This document shows, in pieces, positions 16,337 through 25,200 of a DNA stretch of 64,000 nucleotides. The notes under the pieces are model-generated. The model was not told the origin of the DNA. It did not search any database and saw nothing but the letters and a program-made list of their open reading frames with translations. The stretch comes from Opitutia bacterium (GTDB taxonomy: Bacteria; Verrucomicrobiota; Verrucomicrobiia; Opitutales; UBA953): NCBI GenBank assembly GCA_947377865.1, contig CANCHK010000005.1, forward strand, positions 3,303 to 67,302. The letters run 5' to 3'. Position numbers and translations under genes: made by a program. Numbering within the stretch: position 1 is the stretch's first letter; each line of letters begins with the position of its first letter.

Positions 16337-16446
16337 GTGCAAAGGTGTAAAAGTGCAAAGGTGAACGCGTGCGTTGCACGCGAGGGGACATGTGGGCACG
16401 GGGACACGTGGGCAAGGGGTAGGGTCGGGACCGCGTCACGACATAG
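16337..16446 (+). repeat. 110-bp composite intergenic repeat, copy 1 (GTGCAAAG x3, hairpin, 2x16-mer, GTAGGG tail)
   Basis: Identical to 19711-19820 except for one base (gtgtaaaag versus gtgcaaaag), by direct comparison. Confidence 0.9.
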
Positions 16447-16476
16447 GGTTCAATGGCCGCCGGATGGTGGCCTTAG

Positions 16477-16527
16477 GTAGGGTCACGACTAGGTTGTGAC
16501 CGGGCGCGGCGTAGACTCACCCCTACC
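16477..16527. repeat. degenerate GTAGGG...CCCTAC REP-like doublet
   Basis: gtaggg-tcac..gtga-ccggg ... cccctacc. The right arm has no clean hairpin. Confidence 0.35.
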
Positions 16528-16655
16528 GGACGTTCACCGTGCGGCGAACGCGCTAGGGCAGCACGCGGCGCTGCCCACTCTAGGGGGTGTCGCTGAGGCT
16601 AGGTCCCTAGGTCGGTTGACTTGAAGGCCTGTGTGAAGCCCTCTGCAATTTGAGC

Positions 16656-17342
16656 ATGCATTTCCTATACGTCGATGAGAGCGGGGACGTCGGGTCTAAG
16701 TCGGGGTCTAGTAGCCACTTTATTCTTTGTGGCATATTGGTGCATCACGCGGATTGGCATCGGGTGCGAAATGAAGCCAGGCAGATGCGCTCGCGTTTAT
16801 GCAGTAACTTCGGCTTCCCCGAAGCCGCCGAAATCCATGCGTCGGAACTGCTGAGCCGGACGGACAGGCATTTCAACCTCAGCAGACGCATGCGGCTCCG
16901 GTGTGCCGCCCATGTTCTCGGCTTCATTGAGGTAAGACCTGCCATTCGGCGATTTCGCACGGTCATCGATAAGGATAAGACAGGCGATAATTGCTACTTG
17001 AAGGCATGGACGGGCCTGCTTTCTAAGGTCGTTGCTGAAATTGAAACATTACGGCATGACCATTGTTCTTCTCCGGGCCTAGTCATCGTCTGTGACGACC
17101 ATCGTACGGCTCCTCGGCTAAAGATAATGAAGCACGTCGATCCGTTGTCTCGGCTTGAAGGATTGCTTGTCGATTTGCCGTTTGGGCTAGCCTCTCATGA
17201 TAGTCAGATGCTGCAGCTGGCTGATCTCTTGGCGTATCTTTCGAAACAGGTGGTGGCACCTTCAGGCTTGTTCGTCTCCGGTGCGGAAATCCTCCTCTTG
17301 GAGCGTTGCGAGCGCATCTTCCTGTCGGCGGGAGAAGGGTAA
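16656..17342 (+). CDS. DUF3800-like protein (orphan, low GC)
   Basis: N-terminus MHFLYVDESGD resembles the DUF3800 Y/I-x-DESG start. The first 100 nt are 50% GC by hand count against about 64% in the flanks. The track's 16650 start is a TTG, so I prefer the ATG at 16656. Confidence 0.6.
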   Translation: MHFLYVDESGDVGSKSGSSSHFILCGILVHHADWHRVRNEARQMRSRLCSNFGFPEAAEIHASELLSRTDRHFNLSRRMRLRCAAHVLGFIEVRPAIRRFRTVIDKDKTGDNCYLKAWTGLLSKVVAEIETLRHDHCSSPGLVIVCDDHRTAPRLKIMKHVDPLSRLEGLLVDLPFGLASHDSQMLQLADLLAYLSKQVVAPSGLFVSGAEILLLERCERIFLSAGEG

Positions 17343-17349
17343 ACGAAAA

Positions 17350-17369
17350 GAGGGCGCTTTCGCGCCCTC
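17350..17369 (+). terminator. GC hairpin after the DUF3800 gene (no U-tract)
   Basis: gagggcgc-tttc-gcgccctc, 8 nt after the stop. Confidence 0.5.
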
Positions 17370-17497
17370 CTGATGGAGATATCTCAGCTGAACGAGTCAG
17401 CCTACACACCTGACATGATGTTCATGCAGAGTGATTGGAATGCAAACCGAAAAACCTCCTAGACCGAAGCTACGTCGCAGGGGCGAGTGCTGCTTAC

Positions 17498-17519
17498 GGC
17501 TGACCAAGGATGGTCAGCC
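17498..17519 (-). terminator. 9-bp perfect hairpin abutting the ThuA stop (no U-tract)
   Basis: ggctgacca-agga-tggtcagcc, ending 1 nt before the stop at 17520. Confidence 0.5.
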
Positions 17520-18398
17520 CTACCTCATCGCCGCCCAACGCACCGCATTCTCCACGACCTTGATATTTTCAGGCTGCTTGAAGATGGGGTAGGTCTCGTG
17601 GCCGGGGCGGTAGTAGAAGACCTTGCCCTGGCCGACCTGCCAGGTGATCCCGCTACGGAAATATTCTCCTTTGTCCCAGCGTTCTTCGAAGACGACTTCA
17701 TCGGGCACCGGGACGTGGAAGGGTTCGCCATACATCTCGGTCTGCGGGATGTCCCATTTGGCGGGAAGACCAGCGGCGATCGGATGGCCCGGCTTGGTCG
17801 TCGTCACGTGGCCAGGGGCGCCGTCGTTACGGTAGGACGGGAAGACGCACTGAGGAAGGGTCAGCGTGTAGGTCGTGCCGTCACGCTTGACGTTGGGGGT
17901 CATCGGAGCGCCCGCTTTCACGCCCTTGTAGTAAGGGGCTTCGTTCACGTAGACCCACTTGGCCGCGGCGCGTTCTTCGGCGGTGAGTTGTTTCAGGGCG
18001 TCGTCCTTAGAGCGTTCCTGCATGAGGCGGACGAACGGCTTGGCCCAATGGGCGGAGTGCAAGGCGATGAACCCGAGCTTGCCGGCCTGGACGCGACGGA
18101 CGATGGCTTCGACCCGGGCATCATCCTGTTCCTTCACTTTACGGTGACACCAGAAGACCAGCACGTCGGCCTGATCGAGCGCGGCATCCGAAAGCCCTTG
18201 ATCGGCGTCGGCCAGTCGAGCGGTCTTGACGGCGAGGTCCTGGTTCTTGGCGAGCTCCGCCGCCAAGGTCTCGCCGAGGAACTTGTCGCCGTAGCCCTGA
18301 GACTGCTGAGGCTGCTGTTCGTCCCAGACGAGCACGCGGATCGGCTTAGGCTCAGTCGCGAGAGCGCAGAAGGGAAGCAGGGCGAGGAGAAGGCGCAT
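17520..18398 (-). CDS. ThuA domain-containing protein
   Basis: Start trimmed to MRLLLALLPFCALA; the 42-aa extension in the track is a translated intergenic repeat. IRVLVWDEQ...VLVFWCHRKV...IALHSAHW is a ThuA-like pattern. Confidence 0.8.
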   Translation of the reverse strand: MRLLLALLPFCALATEPKPIRVLVWDEQQPQQSQGYGDKFLGETLAAELAKNQDLAVKTARLADADQGLSDAALDQADVLVFWCHRKVKEQDDARVEAIVRRVQAGKLGFIALHSAHWAKPFVRLMQERSKDDALKQLTAEERAAAKWVYVNEAPYYKGVKAGAPMTPNVKRDGTTYTLTLPQCVFPSYRNDGAPGHVTTTKPGHPIAAGLPAKWDIPQTEMYGEPFHVPVPDEVVFEERWDKGEYFRSGITWQVGQGKVFYYRPGHETYPIFKQPENIKVVENAVRWAAMR

Positions 18399-18445
18399 GA
18401 GGTGGGCGGGAGAAAGATGGAGGATGGAAGAGGGCGGATGAGTAA

Positions 18446-18528
18446 GTGCAAAGGTGCAAAAGTGCAAAGGTGAATGCGTGCGGAGCACGCGAGGGGGCAC
18501 GTGGGCAAGGTGACACGTGGACACGGGG
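18446..18528 (+). repeat. degenerate third copy of the composite repeat (GTGCAAAG x3, hairpin gcgtgc-gga-gcacgc, 2x16-mer)
   Basis: gtgcaaaggtgcaaaagtgcaaaggtgaa is identical to copy 2, and the left extension cggatgagtaa is also shared with copy 2. The distal part has diverged. Confidence 0.85.
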
Positions 18529-18538
18529 AATGAGAGAG

Positions 18539-18566
18539 CTCAAGGGGAGACCGGATGATTGGCTGG
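18539..18566 (+). repeat. CTCAAAGGG...CCGGATGATTGG module
   Basis: ctcaaggggagaccggatgattggctgg. Confidence 0.65.
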
Positions 18567-18683
18567 GGTTATGTAGCCCGCAGAAAGCCGGCCGGTTTCC
18601 GGTCTTTCCGAGTGAGGGTTTCAGCCTACCTCTTTGCGCTGCCCACGGATTGACCGATCGCGACGTGCGAGCACGCTATCGTC

Positions 18684-19673
18684 ATGCGCCCCATCGCTCG
18701 TTGGTTTGGTCCGGCGGTCTTTTCTTTTATCGTCATGCTGATGAGCGCTTCTCCGATGATGGCCGGGATGTCTCCCGCCGAGGTTAGGGCTTTCGAGGAA
18801 TGCATGGTCAAGGCTGCTAAGGGTGATCGGCTTTCCCAGTGCCTGCTCGGCGACTTATACTCAGCGGGTCAAGGGGTGTCGGAGGATCAGGTAGTCGCGA
18901 CAAAATGGTACCGTCAAGCCGCTGAGCAGGGACTTCCGCTGGCTCAGCACAAATTAGGTAACCGTTACGCTTTTGGTCATGGCGCGCCGAAGGACCTTGT
19001 CGAATCGACCTCGTGGCATCGAAAGGCCGCTGAACAAGGCTTAGATTGGTCCCAGTATCATCTGGCGAATTGCTACTTAAACGGCGAAGGCGTGAAGAAG
19101 GATGCTGACGAGGCCTTAAGGTGGTTCCGCGCAGCCGCCGAGCAGGGCGACTCCGCCTATCAATATCAGCTCGCGTTGAGCCTTCATCAGGGGCCGCTGG
19201 CTTATCGGGACGGCAAGCAGGACATGCCGGAGGTCTTGAAGTGGTATCGCGCGGCCGCCGTCCAAGGCGAGATCGATGCGCTGCGTGCGCTGAGTCATCT
19301 CTACGGACAGGGTGGGGATGTGGAAAAGGATGACGCCGAGGCTCTGAAGTGGCTGCGTATGGCGGCTGGGTGGGGCGACGAGTCCTCCCAAGGGCTTCTC
19401 GGTGATCGCTATGCTAGCGGTAAGGGGGTGGCCAAAGACGAGGTTGAGGCATTCGCCTATTATCGTCTCGCCAGCGTATATCCCAGCAGTCCTGCCCAGA
19501 ATAATCTGTCCGCCGGCAAGAAGCTGGCCGCGATGGAGCCGGCCATGTCAGCGGATGCCAAGGAGCGGGGTATGCAGCGTGCGGACGTTCTGAGGTCGGA
19601 GATAGCGGCGAGGGTCAAGGCGAAGGAGACCGAGCGTGATCTCAGGAATACGACTAAGTGTAGCGGCAGGTGA
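18684..19673 (+). CDS. Sel1-like repeat (SLR/TPR-family) secreted protein
   Basis: About seven repeats of KWYRQAAEQGxxxAQxxLGxxYxxGxGVxKD after a signal peptide. Confidence 0.85.
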   Translation: MRPIARWFGPAVFSFIVMLMSASPMMAGMSPAEVRAFEECMVKAAKGDRLSQCLLGDLYSAGQGVSEDQVVATKWYRQAAEQGLPLAQHKLGNRYAFGHGAPKDLVESTSWHRKAAEQGLDWSQYHLANCYLNGEGVKKDADEALRWFRAAAEQGDSAYQYQLALSLHQGPLAYRDGKQDMPEVLKWYRAAAVQGEIDALRALSHLYGQGGDVEKDDAEALKWLRMAAGWGDESSQGLLGDRYASGKGVAKDEVEAFAYYRLASVYPSSPAQNNLSAGKKLAAMEPAMSADAKERGMQRADVLRSEIAARVKAKETERDLRNTTKCSGR

Positions 19674-19710
19674 GATGGGAGACGAGGGGTGACAGATGAC
19701 GGATGAGTAA

Positions 19711-19820
19711 GTGCAAAGGTGCAAAAGTGCAAAGGTGAACGCGTGCGTTGCACGCGAGGGGACATGTGGGCACGGGGACACGTGGGCAAGGGGTAGGGTC
19801 GGGACCGCGTCACGACATAG
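19711..19820 (+). repeat. 110-bp composite intergenic repeat, copy 2
   Basis: Same orientation as copy 1, 3374 bp downstream. Confidence 0.9.
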
Positions 19821-19866
19821 CTGAATCGTCATGTTTCAGGTGGCGGGTGGCGGGCATAGATGGGTG

Positions 19867-19901
19867 CTCAAGGGCAAGCCGGAGACCGGATGATTGGCTG
19901 G
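19867..19901 (+). repeat. CTCAAAGGG...CCGGATGATTGG module
   Basis: ctcaagggcaagccggagaccggatgattggctgg. Confidence 0.65.
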
Positions 19902-19908
19902 TGCATGA

Positions 19909-20027
19909 GGTAGGGACGTGATTGCCATCACGTCCGTGGGCGGACGGATATCGGGAGGATCGGTGACCATGCCCGGCTCGACGAACGTGCGGATGCGAAC
20001 GGCGGTCATGGCAATGACCGCCCTACC
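19909..20027. repeat. GTAGGG...CCCTAC REP/REPIN-like inverted doublet
   Basis: Left arm ggtaggg-acgtgat-tgcc-atcacgt-ccgt. Right arm acgg-cggtcat-ggca-atgaccg-ccctacc. About 60-bp spacer. Confidence 0.75.
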
Positions 20028-20041
20028 CGATGCAGATCCCC

Positions 20042-20056
20042 GGCGCCTAAGGCGCC
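20042..20056 (-). terminator. short GC hairpin abutting the stop of 20058-20714
   Basis: ggcgcc-taa-ggcgcc. Confidence 0.4.
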
Positions 20057-20057
20057 C

Positions 20058-20714
20058 TTACTTCTTAGCGGCGGGCGCGGGCTTGGCCGGAAGGAAAGCG
20101 CGAGTCTGGGGCGAGCCGGGGAGTGCGGTAACTTTCAGATCTTTGACGAGATAACGGGCGCCGTTGAAGCCGCCACCATTGAGGTAGAACGGGCCCATGG
20201 GGCGATTGAAGGCATCGTCGGAGGCGGAGATGGTCACGCCGTCGATCGTGAGGGTGAACTTCGCGCCGTCGTGGATGCAGACGACTTCATGCCAATCCTT
20301 GGTGAGATCTGTCAGCTGGCCTTTGGCCAGGACTTCGCGCTTCAGGTCCTTGAAGGCGGGTCGGATGAGCTCAAACTTACCGGTGTCGGGCAGGAAGGTG
20401 AAATCCATCGCATGGGCGCCCGAATCGGCCGGCCAGGAGACAAAGAGGAAATTCTCCTTCGGATCGAGGAACTTCATCTTCCACTCCGCCTTGATCTGGT
20501 CGAAGGCCGTCAGGATCTTGATCGTGGCGGTATGCTTCTCGGTCGGGACCTGTTCGCCGAGCATCGCGCCCTCGGCGAACTTCCATGAGCCATGGTGAAA
20601 CGCCAAGCCCAGGTCGAGCGGCGCATCGCCCGTTTCGTGGATGATGACTCCGGCAGGTTTCTCTTCGGCGAAGAGGGAAAGGCTGAGCAGGAGGAGGGGG
20701 AGGTGCTTAATCAT
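20058..20714 (-). CDS. hypothetical secreted protein (possible concanavalin/LamG- or DUF1080-like beta-sandwich)
   Basis: Signal peptide MIKHLPLLLLSLSLFA and high-GC3 coding look. The fold assignment is only a guess from the beta-rich pattern. Confidence 0.6.
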   Translation of the reverse strand: MIKHLPLLLLSLSLFAEEKPAGVIIHETGDAPLDLGLAFHHGSWKFAEGAMLGEQVPTEKHTATIKILTAFDQIKAEWKMKFLDPKENFLFVSWPADSGAHAMDFTFLPDTGKFELIRPAFKDLKREVLAKGQLTDLTKDWHEVVCIHDGAKFTLTIDGVTISASDDAFNRPMGPFYLNGGGFNGARYLVKDLKVTALPGSPQTRAFLPAKPAPAAKK

Positions 20715-20751
20715 GGAGGTAAGTAAAGGAGGGTTGGAGGATGGTTGATTG

Positions 20752-20860
20752 AGGTAGGGGCGCCACTGCGTGGCGTCCGTCTTGGTAAATCTAAGGTTGG
20801 GCTTAGCGATTATATGTTTTGATATTGGTCAACGGACGCGACGCAGTCGCGCCCCTACCT
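20752..20860. repeat. GTAGGG...CCCTAC REP/REPIN-like inverted doublet with AT-rich 52-bp spacer
   Basis: Left arm aggtagggg-cgccac-tgc-gtggcg-tccgt. Right arm acgga-cgcgac-gca-gtcgcg-cccctacct. The last base is the first base of the stop codon complement of 20860-22266. Confidence 0.8.
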
Positions 20861-22266
20861 CACGCAATAATCTCCTTCACCACGTTCCCGTGAACGTCAG
20901 TCAGGCGGAAGTCGCGGCCGCCGAAGCGATAAGTGAGCTTTTCGTGGTCGATGCCGAGCTGGTTGAGGATGGTGGCCCAGAAATCGTAGACGGTGAGCGG
21001 CTTATCGACGGCGTAGTAGCCGAGTTCGTCGGTCGCGCCGAAGACGGTGCCTGGCTTGAAACCGCCGCCGGCCACCCACAGGCTGAAGCCGTAGGGGTTG
21101 TGGTCGCGTCCGTCGCTACCCTGCGAGAACGGCGTGCGGCCGAATTCGCCGGAGAAGATGACGATGGTATGCTCGAGGAGTCCGCGCTGCTTGAGGTCCT
21201 TGAGAAGCGCGGCGATGGGCTGGTCGACCTGATGGGCCATCATGCCGTGGCCTTTGACGATAGCCCCGTGGTGGTCCCAGGGGTTGGCCACGTTGCCGCC
21301 GCCGATATTGCCTGAGAGGCAGCTGAGCTCGACGAAGCGGACGCCTTTTTCCACGAGGCGTCGAGCCAGCAGGGCTTGACGGGCGTAGCCGGCGGTAAGC
21401 TTGTCGGGAGAATCGATGCCATACATCGCCTTGGTGGCTTTGGATTCGCCACTGAGGTCGCAGATCTCGGGCACGGCGGCCTGCATGCGATAGGCCGTCT
21501 CGTAATTACGGATGGCCGCTTCGACCTGCGGTTCGCGGGAGGCTTCGGCGAAGGCCTGGTCGACCTCGTTGATGAAACCAAGGCGTCGTCGTTGGGCTGC
21601 GTCGGCTTCGCCGGGTTGGATGTTCGCGAGGGGCAGGGCGCCATCGGCCTTGATGATCGAGGCCTGGTGCTGTCCCGGGAGGTAGCCGTTGTTGAAGAGT
21701 CCCACGCCGCCGTGCGGGGTGCCGGCATTCCCGCTCTGGAGGACCACGAAGCCCGGGAGGTTCTGGTTCTCGCTGCCGAGGCCGTAGTTGAGCCAGGCGC
21801 CGGCGCTGGGATGACCCATGAAAGGGAAGCCGGTGTGGAAAAAGTAGTTCCCCTGGGCGTGTTCGCTGACCTTGCTCGTCATCGAGCGGACCACCGTGAG
21901 GTCGTCGGCGCAGTCGGCGATCTGCGGGAAAAGGTTCGTCATCTCGATGCCTGACTGCCCGTAGCGCTTGGCTTCCCACGGGCTTCCCATGATGTTGCCG
22001 TTGTTGTTGAAGACCGTGCGCTGGACCGGCACCGGCATCGGCTTGCCATTGAGCTTGGCGAGGGCGGCCTTGGGGTCGAACGAGTCGACATGCGAGACGC
22101 CGCCGGACATGTAGCAGAAGATGACGTTCTTGGCCTTGGCCTTGAGCGGCCGCTTGCCGGCGGATTCGGCGCCGAAGGCGGGAGAGGAGAGCAGGCCGGA
22201 CAGGGCGATGCTGCCGAAGCCTAGGGAGCAGCGGCGGAGCAGTTCGCGACGGGTAAGCGGATGCAT
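20860..22266 (-). CDS. DUF1501 domain protein (Tat signal)
   Basis: [26 protein letters not shown] and [24 protein letters not shown] lies 1 nt after the stop of the DUF1553 gene. Confidence 0.9.
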   Translation of the reverse strand: MHPLTRRELLRRCSLGFGSIALSGLLSSPAFGAESAGKRPLKAKAKNVIFCYMSGGVSHVDSFDPKAALAKLNGKPMPVPVQRTVFNNNGNIMGSPWEAKRYGQSGIEMTNLFPQIADCADDLTVVRSMTSKVSEHAQGNYFFHTGFPFMGHPSAGAWLNYGLGSENQNLPGFVVLQSGNAGTPHGGVGLFNNGYLPGQHQASIIKADGALPLANIQPGEADAAQRRRLGFINEVDQAFAEASREPQVEAAIRNYETAYRMQAAVPEICDLSGESKATKAMYGIDSPDKLTAGYARQALLARRLVEKGVRFVELSCLSGNIGGGNVANPWDHHGAIVKGHGMMAHQVDQPIAALLKDLKQRGLLEHTIVIFSGEFGRTPFSQGSDGRDHNPYGFSLWVAGGGFKPGTVFGATDELGYYAVDKPLTVYDFWATILNQLGIDHEKLTYRFGGRDFRLTDVHGNVVKEIIA

Positions 22267-22267
22267 G

Positions 22268-25200
22268 TTATTTGAGATAAAGGAACTCCTTGAGGTTGAG
22301 GACGGACTGGGCGAAGTCCTGCCAGACCATGGCCGGCTTATCGGCGTGGTTGACCTTGAGGTCCGCCAGGTAGCGCGTTGCTGCGGCCTGTTCGGCGGAC
22401 GAGGCCTTGCGCGCGAGGGCTTGGAGGAAGAGCGTATCGACCTTGGCGGCGTCGGGCTGATTACGATCGAGGGTCGCCGCCCACTGCTTGGCGGCGTCGA
22501 TGACGAAAAGGTTGTTCAGCAACGTGAGCGATTGGGCGGGTACGTTCGTGGCGTCGCGGCGCCCGACCGTCGTGAACGGCTTTGGTCCGTCGAACGTGGT
22601 GATCAGTGGATTGAGCGTGTTGCGTTTGATCGTCAGGTAGACGCTGCGACGGACCTGTTCCCGGGGTGCGGCGATGGCATTGTCGCCTGGTCCGTACATG
22701 CGGTGCTCCATCTTGCCGGCGAAGGTGATGAGCGAGTCGCGCAGGGCTTCGCCTTCGAGGCGTCGGACGCGGACGTGGGAGAGGAGGTCGTTGTTGGCAT
22801 CCTGGGCCAGGGCCGAGGCCGTGGGGAGGCTGGAGCGTCGGAATGCGTCGGTGAGGAGCAGTTCTCTGAGCTGTGCCTTTACGGACCACTTCTGGTCGAC
22901 GAATCGTTTCGAGAGATAATCGAGTAGTTCGGGGTGCGTCGGGTGATCGCCCAGTCGTCCGAAGTTGTCGACCGTGCCGACGAGTCCGCGTCCGAAGACG
23001 TAATGCCAGAGGCGGTTGGTCATCACGCGGGCCGTGAGCGGATTATCGGGGGCGGCGATTTTTTCGGCGAGCTCGAGACGACCGCTGCCGGTGGTGGCGA
23101 AGGCCTTGGAGTCGAAGGCCTCGAGGTAACGGCGCGGGATGGCGGCGGCGGGTTTCTTGTAATCGCCGCGCACCATCAGCGGCTGATCGAAGCCGACGTC
23201 GTCCCAGAGGCCGGGCGCACGTCGCGGGGTGATCAGTTCTGCTTCCAGCTTACGGTATTCGGCGGTCGAGCTGGTCAGCCGTGGCGTGAGGGTGCTACGA
23301 GCGTCCAGGAGTCTGTGACGTAGGGCTGCGTCGAGCAGCGCGGCTTGAGCTTCGTCGGCAGCGTCCTTGCCCCAGGCGGAGGCAGCGTCAGCCAGTGCGG
23401 CTACCACTTCTTCGACGGTGTCCAGTTTCGGGGCTTGGACGACGATGGCTTCGCCCGGCGCGGGGCCGGCCCCTGCTGCATGAAAGACGACTTGGCGGAC
23501 GCCGTAGGTTCCGGCTGCGGCTTCTTTACCTTCGGGGCGGGTCGAGTCGTCAGGCAGGGTGAACTCCAGGTAGGCGGACGAGCCTTTGCGATAGGCGGTA
23601 TCGAGCGTGAGCCAGACGGGTCGGTCCGAGTTGATCGCAGTCTTCGGGAAGCGGTTGCCGGAGTTGCCGATCGGGTAGTTGTCCGTGATGAGTCGCACCG
23701 TGGCTCCGTGCCCCATCGCTTGGACGCTGATGAAGTCGGTGGTGACTTGGAAGCGCGGCGAGGTGAGCACGGCGCTGTGCTTGGTCGAAAGCAGATGGGA
23801 ATGGAGTCCGGACGGCAGAATCTGTTTGGTCACGTCGGGCCCGCTGGTCTCGATGCGGAATTCGCCCGGGGCGAAGCGGGCCTCCATGCCGTTGCCATGA
23901 CGCAGCCATTTCGCGGAGCTGCCGTCGCTCAGCGACCAATCGGCTTTCACGCTGCTCGGGGCCTTGGCTTCCTTCGGCTTGAGGCCGGCACGCAGGAAGG
24001 CCGCAGCATGCAACGGATAGGTCGGGTCTTCCTCGTGCTTGAAGCTCTCGGCGAGTTTCCCGTCGGCCGACTTGAGCGCTGCCAGCTTGGTGCGGAGCTC
24101 GTCTGCCTGGGCGCGGAGGCCGTCCAGTTTGTCATCCTTGGTCGCGACGGGCGCGAGTTCACCGCTGACCGTACCTGCTTTGAAAGAATCGGCGATCTGG
24201 GTCGATGTCAGCGCAAAGCCGTACAGGCGTGCTTCCTCGAGTTCACCGTGCAGGAAGGCGTTGCCGCCGCCGGTGTGACGTCGGCCAAAGAGCAGGCGAG
24301 ACTTGTCCTGGGCGAAGGTGTGGAGCGCGGCCTTCTCGTTGGCCGGAGCGTAGCCTTGGCCGTAAGGCTGGCCGTTGCGGTAGAGTTCGATTTTTCCGTC
24401 GGGCTGATACACGATGGCCAGGTGAATCAGTTCGCCTGGCTTGGCGGTCTCGGCCGGACCGTTCACGTTCTGGGTGCGCACGCTGTTGTTGCTGCCGGCC
24501 ATCCATTTCGCCTTCTGCCTCTCAGCGAAGACGAGCGAGTCGAAGATCCCGCCTCCGATAGACTCTACCGTGATCACGCCGCCGCCTCGCTGATCGAGGG
24601 TCGGTAGGGCGACCCATGCCTCAACGGTCTTGGCTGTCAGGGTGTCGGTGGTCGCACCAGTCTCGGCGAAGGATTTTTCGCCGTCGAGGATGAGCCGCCC
24701 ATTCTTGATGACCGCTCCGCCGTTGAGTTTGGCGTCGAGCTTGCCGACGAGGTCGCGGCCATCCTGTTCGAAGGTCCACCAGTGGCTCGGGGCGGGTCCG
24801 GCGCTCTGGTCCGCCTTGAGACGGCGACGGAAGTCATCGGTGGAAAGTTCTTTTTCCACCTTCGCCAACTCGTTTTCGAGACGGACGCGCTCCTTGGCCG
24901 ACGAGCGGATGCGCCCGAGCGCGGCGGGAATGTCTTTAGCTTGACGAATCCAATCGGTGGCGAGTTCGGAGCGGATGGCCTGTTTGAGTTCGGTGAGTCG
25001 GTCGCGGTGCTGGCCCAGTAGGGCGGGGGAGTCGACGGTCACCTGGCCCGGACGCGTCGAGGCGAAGATACCGTAGAAGGCGGTGAAGTCCGCCTGGCTG
25101 ATGGCGTCGAATTTATGGTCGTGGCAGCGGGCGCAGGAGACGGTCAGTCCCAAGAAGGTCTTCGAGACGACGTCGATCTGGTTGTCGACGTTACGGACCT

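Noticed and set aside
14275-16350. Very long antisense ORFs opposite almost every real gene, e.g. 17-1150, 14275-16350, 36766-38676, 43044-46424, 52796-54874, 60034-62430 (300-1100 aa).
   Set aside because: These are typical shadow ORFs of a high-GC genome. Their translations are Arg/Gly/Ala/Val-rich low-complexity sequence without recognisable motifs, whereas the opposite strand carries clear domain signatures and signal peptides.
16092-16439. Repeated peptide MTRSRPYPLPTCPRAHMSPRVQRTRSPLHF... (also at 19460-19813), and similar N-terminal extensions of 17520-18524, 38561-39487 and 51645-52787.
   Set aside because: These are translations of the intergenic repeat modules. The real genes start at downstream Met codons followed by signal peptides. 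The repeats occur in both orientations and at gene 3' ends, which is incompatible with a conserved coding function.
16616-16649. Sigma-70 promoter (TTGACT ... TGCAAT) implying a leaderless DUF3800 mRNA.
   Set aside because: The spacing between the hexamers is 22 nt, far from the 16-18 nt optimum. A single occurrence is not enough to support the call.
18491-18528. G-quadruplex formation as a universal property of the 16-mer element.
   Set aside because: Only the 16384-16419 and 19758-19793 copies have four or more G3+ tracts with loops of 7 nt or less. Copies at 18491, 42749 and 34427 have three such tracts. G4 potential is therefore copy-specific and cannot be the sole conserved feature.
20752-20860. 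Integron attC-like sites: imperfect inverted repeats with conserved ends and a variable middle at the 3' ends of genes.
   Set aside because: The termini are GGTAGGG/CCCTACC, not the RYYYAAC/GTTRRRY core sites. There is no intI gene or attI, and the flanked units are large multi-gene operons rather than promoterless cassettes.
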